Assembly (NCBI GenBank): GCA_044341565.1
Contig: JBIIRM010000005.1
Coordinates: 882-64,881, forward strand
DNA length: 64,000 bases
Direction: 5' to 3'
Source: Minisyncoccia bacterium
Lineage (GTDB): Bacteria; Patescibacteriota; Minisyncoccia; SW-4-49-11
Part shown: one piece after another, positions 27,758-36,625 of the stretch
Position numbering within the stretch: position 1 is the first letter of the stretch
Layout: the number at the start of each line of letters is the position of its first letter
The notes under the pieces: generated by a model
The model's input: only the letters and a program-made list of their open reading frames with translations
Databases searched by the model: none
Told to the model about the DNA's origin: nothing
Translations under genes and position numbers: made by a program

Positions 27758-27847
27758 ATGACTGAAATTAAAAAAACAATATTATTAAGCTTTATCTTAT
27801 TTGTATTGATAGCTATTATGTTTATTGCACAATACTCACAACTATAA
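27758..27847 (+). CDS. Possible single-TM micropeptide (29 aa)
   Basis: MTEIKKTILLSFILFVLIAIMFIAQYSQL* just after the sortase stop. Confidence 0.35.
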   Translation: MTEIKKTILLSFILFVLIAIMFIAQYSQL

Positions 27848-27952
27848 TAATTTAAAAGAAAATTAAGGATATATCTGGTATTATAGCTTGACTTTTACCT
27901 CATTTCCTGTTAGTGTTTCAAAGCATACTCTTCGGGGTATCGTTCTTTCACA

Positions 27953-29158
27953 ATGGAGCATTTAACCATGTCTGCTCAGACACGTGTTGAGAGATTTTTT
28001 GATAAGGCAGGAGTTGACCAAACCTTTATTACTGCAACTTCTAATTTTTATAAAGCTTTCAATGGACGGTTCACCCTTGGAATGGGTGAATCTTATATCA
28101 ATGGCAGTTTTGCGATTGGCGATGAGAATCTCATCGCAATGTTCACCAAGATTTTTGCAAGCTTGAATGGATTCTTGCGGGGAGATGATTATGCGGGGTT
28201 TAGCTCACTGGGATTTTATCGGCTGTATCAGCTGATGAATGCCACCCAAATGATCAATTGGCAGTACATTCGTGCAAAGTATTTTGCGGATATTCACTAT
28301 GAGCTACCTCATCAGCTTTTTGTCCAGATGCTTGGCCCCTCTCGGGCTTATAGCTCTGGGTATTGGCCAGAAGGGGTGGAGACTCTAGACCAAGCCCAGG
28401 ATGCCAAGTTTGACTTGATTATCCGCAAGCTTGGCTTAGAAGCTGGCGACACCGTCCTCGACTTCGGTTGTGGGGCGGGTAGTTTTGGCAGATATGCAGG
28501 ATCTCGCGGTATTCGAGTCGTTGGACTCAATATCTGCCAGGAGCAACTCGCTTATGCTCGAGCTCACAATGACCAAGAAGTTACTGCCATTTACCTTGAT
28601 TTTAATTTGGTAACACAAAGTGTTGCTGAGTTACAATCAATTCTCAAACCCTATGGGATTGAGAACTTTGATGCTGTGACCTTTATTGGCTCGATTGAGC
28701 ATGTGGGGTGGAAGAATTATGATTCCCTCTATCGCAAACTCAATCAGCTTATGAATCCTACGGGACGGATTCTCTGCCATGTTATTGGATCCTATATTCC
28801 ATTACCGGTGGCCGATCCCTATATCATGACCAAGATTTTCCCTGACTCGCAGCTTGCTGTGAACAGTGAAATGACAAGGGCAACTGAGAAGGCTGGTTTC
28901 CAGCTAATGGATTGGCATAACCTGGAAACAGGTATTCACTCCTATGCCAAGACACTGAGAGCTTGGCTTAACAACTTCCAAACCAACTGGGAAACTATCA
29001 AGCCCTCTATGCCTCACAAAGATAAGGAAGCCTTTTACAGGGAATGGGTATTCTACCTAATGCTCTGTATTGGAGCCTTCGAGTCTGACTTTGTCAATGT
29101 TGGACACTATGTGTTCCGCAAGACTGCAGACACTCGCCCATTCACTCCAGCCCGCTAA
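27953..29158 (+). CDS. cfa: Cyclopropane-fatty-acyl-phospholipid synthase family methyltransferase
   Basis: LGMGESYING, HYEL, YSSGYW, LDQAQDAK, VLDFGCGAG, SIEHVGWKNY, YAKTLRAW; visibly GC-richer than the backbone. Confidence 0.9.
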   Translation: MEHLTMSAQTRVERFFDKAGVDQTFITATSNFYKAFNGRFTLGMGESYINGSFAIGDENLIAMFTKIFASLNGFLRGDDYAGFSSLGFYRLYQLMNATQMINWQYIRAKYFADIHYELPHQLFVQMLGPSRAYSSGYWPEGVETLDQAQDAKFDLIIRKLGLEAGDTVLDFGCGAGSFGRYAGSRGIRVVGLNICQEQLAYARAHNDQEVTAIYLDFNLVTQSVAELQSILKPYGIENFDAVTFIGSIEHVGWKNYDSLYRKLNQLMNPTGRILCHVIGSYIPLPVADPYIMTKIFPDSQLAVNSEMTRATEKAGFQLMDWHNLETGIHSYAKTLRAWLNNFQTNWETIKPSMPHKDKEAFYREWVFYLMLCIGAFESDFVNVGHYVFRKTADTRPFTPAR

Positions 29159-29171
29159 ATCAATCACTCAT

Positions 29172-29196
29172 AAGGAAGCATTTCGCTTCCTTTTTT
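29172..29196 (+). terminator. Terminator after cfa
   Basis: aaggaagc-atttc-gcttcctt-tttt. Confidence 0.8.
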
Positions 29197-29266
29197 ATTA
29201 CTCTTGTTATTTTACTCATAATATATTATGATAAAGCCGTTGTGAAAATAATAATATACTAAATAT

Positions 29267-29626
29267 ATGAAAAATTTGGGTATAGAGATTGTAGGAGATC
29301 TCAAAGGTATTGATAAAGAATTTTTAACTCATATTAATAGTGATGAAATTCAGGCTGAGATTTCTCGACTTATTACTCATTATGGATTCAATGAGCTGGG
29401 AAACTATTATCATTCTTTTGAACCAGGTCTTACAGCTGCTGTAGCGCTTGCTGAATCTCATGTTACCTTTCATACTTGGCCGGAATTTGGATATGTAAGC
29501 TTGAATGTTTTTACCTGTAATTATACTAAGGATAATGATGATAATGCTAAAGCTTTATTTGATGATATTGCCTCCCTATTCCGAGCAGAGAATATAGATA
29601 AACAAATTATTTTACGCAATCATTAG
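29267..29626 (+). CDS. speD: S-adenosylmethionine decarboxylase proenzyme family
   Basis: GLTAAVALAE|SHVTFHTWPE pyruvoyl site, VFTC. Confidence 0.9.
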   Translation: MKNLGIEIVGDLKGIDKEFLTHINSDEIQAEISRLITHYGFNELGNYYHSFEPGLTAAVALAESHVTFHTWPEFGYVSLNVFTCNYTKDNDDNAKALFDDIASLFRAENIDKQIILRNH

Positions 29627-29679
29627 AAATAAAAAAGCCCCCGACAAATGCCGGGAGCTGAGTGGAAGGGCAAAAGCCC

Positions 29680-29943
29680 TTATTGTTTGTGAACCTTCCC
29701 AGGTAGTGAAGGGTTGGGGTTGGTCGGATCCACACCCAACAGCGCCGGCCCAGTTAGGGCTGCAAGGCCCACAACCAAAAGACCTAGCAACACCTTCTTG
29801 AAGGGTGAGCGACGATCCTGACGAGGAGGGAGAGGGGGATCGAGAACAACTCGATCCACTTTGAGGTTACCCCCTTTGAGAAAAGGGGGAAGCTCAGGCC
29901 CCACTCGGGCAACATTGAGAAAGGCGGGAAGTTCAGGTGCCAT
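29680..29943 (-). CDS. Orphan Pro-rich single-TM protein (87 aa)
   Basis: Consensus promoter TTGACA-17-TATAAT (29975-30003), downstream hairpin plus T-tract at about 29631-29659, internal repeat PELPAFL/PELPPFL. Confidence 0.65.
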   Translation of the reverse strand: MAPELPAFLNVARVGPELPPFLKGGNLKVDRVVLDPPLPPRQDRRSPFKKVLLGLLVVGLAALTGPALLGVDPTNPNPSLPGKVHKQ

Positions 29944-30065
29944 TGAATGAACAAAACAATGTATTTCAAAAAAAATTATACCACAAAAACCCTATTTTGT
30001 CAATATACAATAACATTATTTTAACATATGCTTGCGAATTTTACTGGAAAAGGTATACTATCTTT

Positions 30066-31220
30066 ATGAATATATTACCCCCTTTGCGCTATATTAAATC
30101 TTTATTCTCTGCCCGTATAAGCCCATTGATTACGGTACATATTGATGGGGCGGACTTATTACATAATTTGAGAGAATATAGACAAGCCTATCCAGATATA
30201 CAATTTGCACCTGTACTCAAAAGCAATGCCTATGGACATGGACTAATCCCTATTGCTCGTATATTAGATAACGAGAATATTCCTTTTTTGATTGTCGACT
30301 CTTATTATGAGGCTTTGACCCTGCGGCAAAATGATATCAAATCCCCTATTCTAATTATTGGGTATATTGCTCCTGAAATTATCAAAAAATCTCGGATCAA
30401 AAATGTATATTTCACCGTGACAAGTCTAGCCCAATTGCAGAGAATTGATGATATTATTCGCCACCCCATATCTATACATCTCAAAATCGATACTGGAATG
30501 CATAGACAAGGTTTATTGCCGACTGAAATTCATCAAGCTATTACTATTATTAAAAAGAATTCCTCTATACAATTACAAGGTATATGCTCTCATCTGGCTG
30601 ATGCGGATAGCAAGAGACGCAAATATAATAAAGCTCAATTAGAGCAATGGGAGCAAAGTATTCAATTTTTTAAAACGACTTTTCCTAATCTCAAGTATTA
30701 TCATATATCTGCTAGTGCTGGGCTTATACATACGGCTAAATCTCATCATAATCTCGCTCGATTAGGTTTAGGATTATATGGAATTAGTATTATTGAAAAT
30801 AATAAACTCTCATTAAAACCTGCTCTCAAACTCACCTCTATTATTAGTGGGATAAAAGTTATTAAAAAAGGAGATGCCGTTGGATATAATAATACCTTTA
30901 TTGCCAAAAATGATATGTTAATCGCGACTATACCCGCTGGTTATGCTGAGGGAGTCGATCGCAGATTATCTAATATCGGGCAGGTAGAGATAGACGGAAC
31001 TTTATGCCCTATTATTGGGCGAGTAAGTATGAATATTACCACTATTGATATTACACATATACCTAATATTCAAATTGGGGATATAGTGACTCTTATCAGC
31101 AATGACAATTCCTCCCCTATTTCTGCCAATGCTATCGCTAAAATATGCGATACTATTCCCTATGAAATTCTGATACATATTCCAGGGTATTTGCACCGAG
31201 AGATCATTAAAATAAAATAA
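30066..31220 (+). CDS. alr: Alanine racemase
   Basis: VLKSNAYGHG (PLP Lys), HLKIDTGMHRQG, GRVSMN; likely start MNILPP. Confidence 0.95.
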   Translation: MNILPPLRYIKSLFSARISPLITVHIDGADLLHNLREYRQAYPDIQFAPVLKSNAYGHGLIPIARILDNENIPFLIVDSYYEALTLRQNDIKSPILIIGYIAPEIIKKSRIKNVYFTVTSLAQLQRIDDIIRHPISIHLKIDTGMHRQGLLPTEIHQAITIIKKNSSIQLQGICSHLADADSKRRKYNKAQLEQWEQSIQFFKTTFPNLKYYHISASAGLIHTAKSHHNLARLGLGLYGISIIENNKLSLKPALKLTSIISGIKVIKKGDAVGYNNTFIAKNDMLIATIPAGYAEGVDRRLSNIGQVEIDGTLCPIIGRVSMNITTIDITHIPNIQIGDIVTLISNDNSSPISANAIAKICDTIPYEILIHIPGYLHREIIKIK

Positions 31221-31274
31221 TATTGAAATTGCATATAGGATATGATAAAGTAAAAAGGAATTTGAACTTTAGGT

Positions 31275-31460
31275 ATGACCACACCTCCCTCAGGCTATGT
31301 ACATCTTACCGATGTTCCCCATACTGAATTGAGCTCCCGACTTAACTCTTGGGAAACCGCATTACCAGGGACACCAAGATCCGATGGGACAACCCCCATT
31401 TTTGTCCAGGATTCAGAATTCACTCAATGGAAGTCTCTGCAATGCGACTCCACCCGCTAA
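31275..31460 (+). CDS. Orphan small protein (61 aa)
   Basis: GC-richer ORF with its own terminator aaagcccc-gccaatgat-ggggcttt (31475-31500). Confidence 0.5.
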   Translation: MTTPPSGYVHLTDVPHTELSSRLNSWETALPGTPRSDGTTPIFVQDSEFTQWKSLQCDSTR

Positions 31461-31533
31461 CCACAATACCACCCAAAGCCCCGCCAATGATGGGGCTTTT
31501 CCACATTTTTAGGGCAATACTTTTCCCCTTCTC

Positions 31534-32514
31534 TTAGTTTGCAATATATTTTTTATTAATATTAACTGAGGCATACCCAAGTCCAATAAATACAAATCCC
31601 AGAAAAACAAGTGATATTGGCCAACCAAGTGAATCTGCAAAATACTCCCCTGTAATATACGAAATATGAGCAATAAGGAAAAGAGTACTTATAATAAGAA
31701 TACTACGACTTTTCAGATATACCGATAGGGCGACACCTCCAAGCACAATAATAAAGTAGAATAGTTGCCACAAGCCCGAATCAAAAACTTGTAAAAATGC
31801 AGCGCCAAGAAATCCAATAATACCAAAGAAATGAAGTATTCCAATAAGTGGTTTATTCCAGCCATCACGAAAAGCATATGCTAATAACAAGTAACTTAGA
31901 CCTATTATCATAGTTATATATTCATATACATTTTGATAGCTATAGTATTGTTGGTCCAAAATAGCTCCTACAGCAAAATATACAGAGGCTGTACCATTTA
32001 CTATTGCAAAAAGAGTCAAGACAGGACTTTTATGTACAGAGTTTAGGGATAGATAGGCTATAAAAATAACTCCAAATGTAATCGCAACAGGCCATAAGGA
32101 AACCGCCTCATTACTTAATTCTGAAAGTGTAACAAGTGCCCCACCGGGAATTAATAACCCCCCAATGGCATGAAAGGCATTTCCTATATTATCATTTGGT
32201 TTATTCTTGAGTAAGGTTGAACCGATAGCAGTAATTAATATTCCAAGACCTAAAGTTACTACTATGCGTCCAAAAGATCCAATATCATCCCAAATTTGAG
32301 AAACAAAAATAATAATACCGATAATCACAATAGCTGCTCCCAGAACATAAAGCATTTTTGTTATAGAAAAAGAAGTGAATTTATTGGCTTTTTCTGGTGC
32401 ATCTATACGTTGTGATGTAGGGATAAGATTAAAACGAGTTGTTATTTCTTCAGGACCTATTTCTCCTGCACTTAATTTACGAGAAAGCTCTTGTAATAAT
32501 TCTTCTTTATTCAT
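31534..32514 (-). CDS. DUF2157-like multi-TM membrane protein
   Basis: N-terminal soluble segment, LYVLGAAIVIIGIIIFVSQIW, many TM helices. Confidence 0.75.
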   Translation of the reverse strand: MNKEELLQELSRKLSAGEIGPEEITTRFNLIPTSQRIDAPEKANKFTSFSITKMLYVLGAAIVIIGIIIFVSQIWDDIGSFGRIVVTLGLGILITAIGSTLLKNKPNDNIGNAFHAIGGLLIPGGALVTLSELSNEAVSLWPVAITFGVIFIAYLSLNSVHKSPVLTLFAIVNGTASVYFAVGAILDQQYYSYQNVYEYITMIIGLSYLLLAYAFRDGWNKPLIGILHFFGIIGFLGAAFLQVFDSGLWQLFYFIIVLGGVALSVYLKSRSILIISTLFLIAHISYITGEYFADSLGWPISLVFLGFVFIGLGYASVNINKKYIAN

Positions 32515-32536
32515 AAAAGCAAATAAGTATTAATAA

Positions 32537-33121
32537 TTAATTTCTTCCAGGTAATACCCAGCCGATAAACTGGAAATTATCTCGAGAATAATACTGGTCA
32601 GGATTATTTATAAGGTTTAATTTTTCTCTACTATTTCCTTTTGTAAGATAATATCCATAAGAGGAAGAGTTTCCACCAAAAATAAAGAAGCTACTGCCTC
32701 CACTATAGTTACCCGTGACAGCAACCCCATCAGGTGATGATAAAAAATTATTTAGTGTAAGAGTCTGAGCTTCTTCAAAGGTTATTTCTCTACTTTCATT
32801 TTTTTCTGTATCATGTAAGAAGATTCGAACAGTATAATTTTCATTAATATCTAGTATTTTATCATTATCTGAATCTAAGGTTGAATCTATATTATTGATA
32901 ATCATTTTATTATTTACAACAGAGTAACGTTTTTGGGGGTAATTATTACAATTATATTGATCATAACTACTTATCCCATCAGTACATATTGTATAGACAA
33001 AATTATATTTAGTTGATAAAAAAAGTGACGGAAGATAGATGCTCAAAGCCACTCCAACTATTAATAAAATTGGTAATGTAAAAGCAAGTAGTATTACGAT
33101 ATTCTGTTTTATAAATTTCAT
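32537..33121 (-). CDS. Hypothetical membrane-anchored protein
   Basis: N-terminal TM, C-terminal FQFIGWV; likely start MKFIKQ. Confidence 0.7.
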   Translation of the reverse strand: MKFIKQNIVILLAFTLPILLIVGVALSIYLPSLFLSTKYNFVYTICTDGISSYDQYNCNNYPQKRYSVVNNKMIINNIDSTLDSDNDKILDINENYTVRIFLHDTEKNESREITFEEAQTLTLNNFLSSPDGVAVTGNYSGGSSFFIFGGNSSSYGYYLTKGNSREKLNLINNPDQYYSRDNFQFIGWVLPGRN

Positions 33122-33194
33122 ATCTTTATTATATACTATATATATTACAATAATATCATAGTATATAAATGATAACAATATAAGGAGAAGCTAA

Positions 33195-33872
33195 TTAAGA
33201 CAATACTTCTAATAATTTTTGTTCGCTGAGTTTACGATATCCTCCTTCTGGGATATCGTTTAATTCTATATGTCCAATGCGTATTCTCAGTAAATCTAAT
33301 ACATTATATCTCAGAGCCCTCGCCATACGCCGTATTTGCCTATTCTTGCCCTCAGTTAGGGTTATCTTGATTGTGTCATTACTCATACGCTTGATTCGAC
33401 AGGGTTTGGTATGATAGCCGGTATCAATTTTGACCCCTTCTCTTAATTTTTCTATATCAGCTTGAGAAATAGGGCGATTCAATGTCACTATATAATCTTT
33501 TTCCATTTGAACTTTTGGCTCTAGGAGCTTTTTGGTAATACGCCCATCATTGGTAAGTATAATGAGTCCTCGAGAATCTTTATCTAATCTTCCAACTGGG
33601 AAGACATCATCTCCAAAATCGGTAATATCTTGTATAGATTTTTCTCCTTCTTGGGGGCTGTGGGATACGATTCCAACTGGCTTATGATAGGCATAATATT
33701 TGTATTGCTTCTCATATCCTATTATTTCTACTTTATCCCCTTCTTTGATATCTACACCAAGTTCAGCGACAATATCATTGACGAAAACTTTTCCCTCTTG
33801 AATTAATCTATCTGCCTCACGCCGAGAACAAATATCTTGATCGGCTAAATACTTATTAATTCGCATATACAC
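33195..33872 (-). CDS. RsuA/RluB/RluF-family rRNA pseudouridine synthase
   Basis: S4 domain RINKYLA..SRREAD, VGRLDKDSRGL, EGKNRQIRRM. Confidence 0.95.
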   Translation of the reverse strand: MYMRINKYLADQDICSRREADRLIQEGKVFVNDIVAELGVDIKEGDKVEIIGYEKQYKYYAYHKPVGIVSHSPQEGEKSIQDITDFGDDVFPVGRLDKDSRGLIILTNDGRITKKLLEPKVQMEKDYIVTLNRPISQADIEKLREGVKIDTGYHTKPCRIKRMSNDTIKITLTEGKNRQIRRMARALRYNVLDLLRIRIGHIELNDIPEGGYRKLSEQKLLEVLS

Positions 33873-33960
33873 TCTTATTATATGCCCTATACTAACATGC
33901 TTTTGAAATTTACGGAATAGTATGATAGATTATATATAGTACTAAATAAATATACATACT

Positions 33961-34794
33961 ATGCAAATTGAGCCTGGTACTTCTCCAAAACATCGCTATG
34001 AATTAATCAAAGCTACTCTTCTTGTTATTGTTGGTGCTCTTATTACTATTACGATAGTATATGGAGTACCCTATTTCTCTCCTAAGGAAGTAGCCGATCC
34101 TATTGAGCCTGTTGTTTCAGTTCCTGAAGTAAAGCCAACTCCTGTTGTAGAAAATACTACCATTCCTACCACTCCTGAAGCACCTACAGAGAAGGTTTAT
34201 ACTCAGGAAGAACTTAATACTATTTTTGAGATAGATAAGAAAAAAGCTGGTACTAAACTCTTTTATTCTCCTACATTAGGTGTTGGGTTTACGTATGCTC
34301 CTCTAGAAGAAGATCCAAAGTCAAGAGTATTATCTATTAAGGAAAAAACCTCCAAGATTGCTATCGTTGACCAATATTCAGGGCAACTAGGAGATAAGGT
34401 TTTCGAATACGCAAATATAGAAGTATTTACAAAAGATCCTAAAGATAATCTCGAGCAAGCTATTAGTAAAGAATTTTTGAAAGGTGTTGATTCTAAAAAA
34501 TGTTTTGCTAAGAAATATACTGATGGAGATTCATCTGGAAAACAGTTCGAAGGATACATATATGCTGAGATATCTTATGCTCCTACTCCTGGATCAGATG
34601 CTGTCATAAATAATGGTATTGAAAATTGTCCAAAGAAAGTACAAACCTATGCTACAACAAATGCAGTTCAATTCTTTTTAGAAGATCCCAAAATACCGTC
34701 TAAGTATGTATTCCTACGTCTTGGGCAAGAAGCTTTCGCTTCCTCGGGGACTGGAAATGACCTCTGGGAAAGGTCTCTAAGAATATTAAAGTAA
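33961..34794 (+). CDS. Hypothetical membrane-anchored extracellular protein
   Basis: N-terminal TM and Pro/Thr/Glu linker. Confidence 0.75.
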   Translation: MQIEPGTSPKHRYELIKATLLVIVGALITITIVYGVPYFSPKEVADPIEPVVSVPEVKPTPVVENTTIPTTPEAPTEKVYTQEELNTIFEIDKKKAGTKLFYSPTLGVGFTYAPLEEDPKSRVLSIKEKTSKIAIVDQYSGQLGDKVFEYANIEVFTKDPKDNLEQAISKEFLKGVDSKKCFAKKYTDGDSSGKQFEGYIYAEISYAPTPGSDAVINNGIENCPKKVQTYATTNAVQFFLEDPKIPSKYVFLRLGQEAFASSGTGNDLWERSLRILK

Positions 34795-34859
34795 ATCTTA
34801 GCTACTAAAAAAGGGAGCTGCCACTCCCTTTTTTGTTTTATCTTAGAAAATATCACTCC

Positions 34860-36623
34860 CTAACTTCTCCCCTCTTGGTTTTGTATCAGATTGAGAGCTG
34901 TGTCAAAATCTTCAGCTGGAGTTAACATTCCCCCACTAATAAAGAATATTTGATCTGCTTTTTTGATAGTATTAAGTCTATGGGCGATAATAACTTTGGT
35001 AGTTGTATCTGGTAATTGAGATAATATTGATTGAAGATTTTGCTCAGTTACCGTATCTATATTGGCTGTGGCCTCATCGAGAATAAGGAGTTCTGGTTCT
35101 CGGAGGAGAGTACGAATAAAGGAAATAATTTGTTTTTGCCCAATACTAATACCATTATTCTCTATAATAGTCTCTATACCATTATCAAAAGTATCCATAA
35201 GCTCAGTCAAATTATGAGATTTGAGTTTGTCTAATAATTCCTCATCACTACTATTGAGCAATTCACTATTACCATATCTAAGATTATCTCCTATTGTACC
35301 AGTGAATAGGAATGGCTCTTGGAGAATAAATCCAATACTATTGGTTCGCTCTTCTTCAGTATAACTTCTAATATCTCTATTTTTGAGCTCTATAATACCT
35401 TGTTGAGGATCATATAATCTTGCCATTAATGAGGCTGTGGTACTTTTACCTCCTCCAGTTGGTCCGACTAAAGCATAGGTTTTTCCTTTTTCTAAAACAA
35501 AGCTCATATTATGAATAATCATATCTTCATCATATCCGAAAGATATATCTTTGAATGCTAATAATTCATTTGATTTGTTTTCACTATTATCATTCGCTTC
35601 TTCTATAATAAGATTAGATTCAAGTGAGATAATTTCTCTTACTCGAGTCCAAGCTGCCAGAGCCCCTTGAAGACTTCCTACAATAGAACCTAATATTCTT
35701 AATGGCTCAAAGAATTTCTGAGCATAGGCGAGAAATCCAATTAATAATCCTATAGTGATTGATCCTGCTAAAATAAATCGAATACCTACTATTAATAGAA
35801 TTATTTGCGCTATATTAGCAGTAAAATTATATAATGGTGCTATACCATCATTTAATATATTAGCTTTTATTTTAGACTTATATACTCGCTCACTAATATT
35901 GGTAAAATGATCTTTAAAATAATCTTGTATTTGAAAGGCTACCAAAGCATTAAAATTGGTTAATCCTTCTTGTATTTCAGATGATAAGGCCCCCTGATCT
36001 ACCAGGCTTCCTTTATTAATTCCTTCAATATACGGGGTTGCAATCCGGGTAATGATAATAATACCAGTGGTAAGCAAAAGTACTATACTAGCTAATTGCC
36101 AATTAAGATATAGCATAATAGCTGCGATTCCAATCAAGGAGAAAAACAGTGAAGTGAATCGTAATATACCCTCAGATAAAAATTGATTAATTTTATTGGT
36201 ATCATTATTAATACGAGAAATCAAATCCCCCGCTTTATTACGATTAAAGAAATCAATAGGTAAACTTTGTAGAGATGAGAATACTGTTCCTCTGAGTCGA
36301 AATAATACTCTTTGGGAAACATATCCCATAATTCTTGCCTGTCCATATGCTGCAATTGCTGATATGATAAATAATAATACCAATCCCCCAGACATTATAC
36401 CTAGAGTTTGTATATCTTTATTAGCAATAGGACCATCTATAGCTCTGGTTATAATATAAGGTGTAGCAACACTGGTTCCAATATTGATGAGTACGGTAAA
36501 TACAATGATAACCATATTCCAGCCCTCTCCTATGAAAAGGGGTTTAATGGTTCTCCAAGTATCTGCCAGTGTTGATGGTATTTTGCTTTCAGTGGAATTG
36601 AGTAAATTATATTGGTTCGACAT
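34860..36623 (-). CDS. ABC exporter, fused TMD-NBD (heterodimer subunit)
   Basis: GPTGGGKST, ISIGQKQ, LILDEATA; likely start MSNQYN. Confidence 0.93.
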   Translation of the reverse strand: MSNQYNLLNSTESKIPSTLADTWRTIKPLFIGEGWNMVIIVFTVLINIGTSVATPYIITRAIDGPIANKDIQTLGIMSGGLVLLFIISAIAAYGQARIMGYVSQRVLFRLRGTVFSSLQSLPIDFFNRNKAGDLISRINNDTNKINQFLSEGILRFTSLFFSLIGIAAIMLYLNWQLASIVLLLTTGIIIITRIATPYIEGINKGSLVDQGALSSEIQEGLTNFNALVAFQIQDYFKDHFTNISERVYKSKIKANILNDGIAPLYNFTANIAQIILLIVGIRFILAGSITIGLLIGFLAYAQKFFEPLRILGSIVGSLQGALAAWTRVREIISLESNLIIEEANDNSENKSNELLAFKDISFGYDEDMIIHNMSFVLEKGKTYALVGPTGGGKSTTASLMARLYDPQQGIIELKNRDIRSYTEEERTNSIGFILQEPFLFTGTIGDNLRYGNSELLNSSDEELLDKLKSHNLTELMDTFDNGIETIIENNGISIGQKQIISFIRTLLREPELLILDEATANIDTVTEQNLQSILSQLPDTTTKVIIAHRLNTIKKADQIFFISGGMLTPAEDFDTALNLIQNQEGRS

Positions 36624-36625
36624 AT

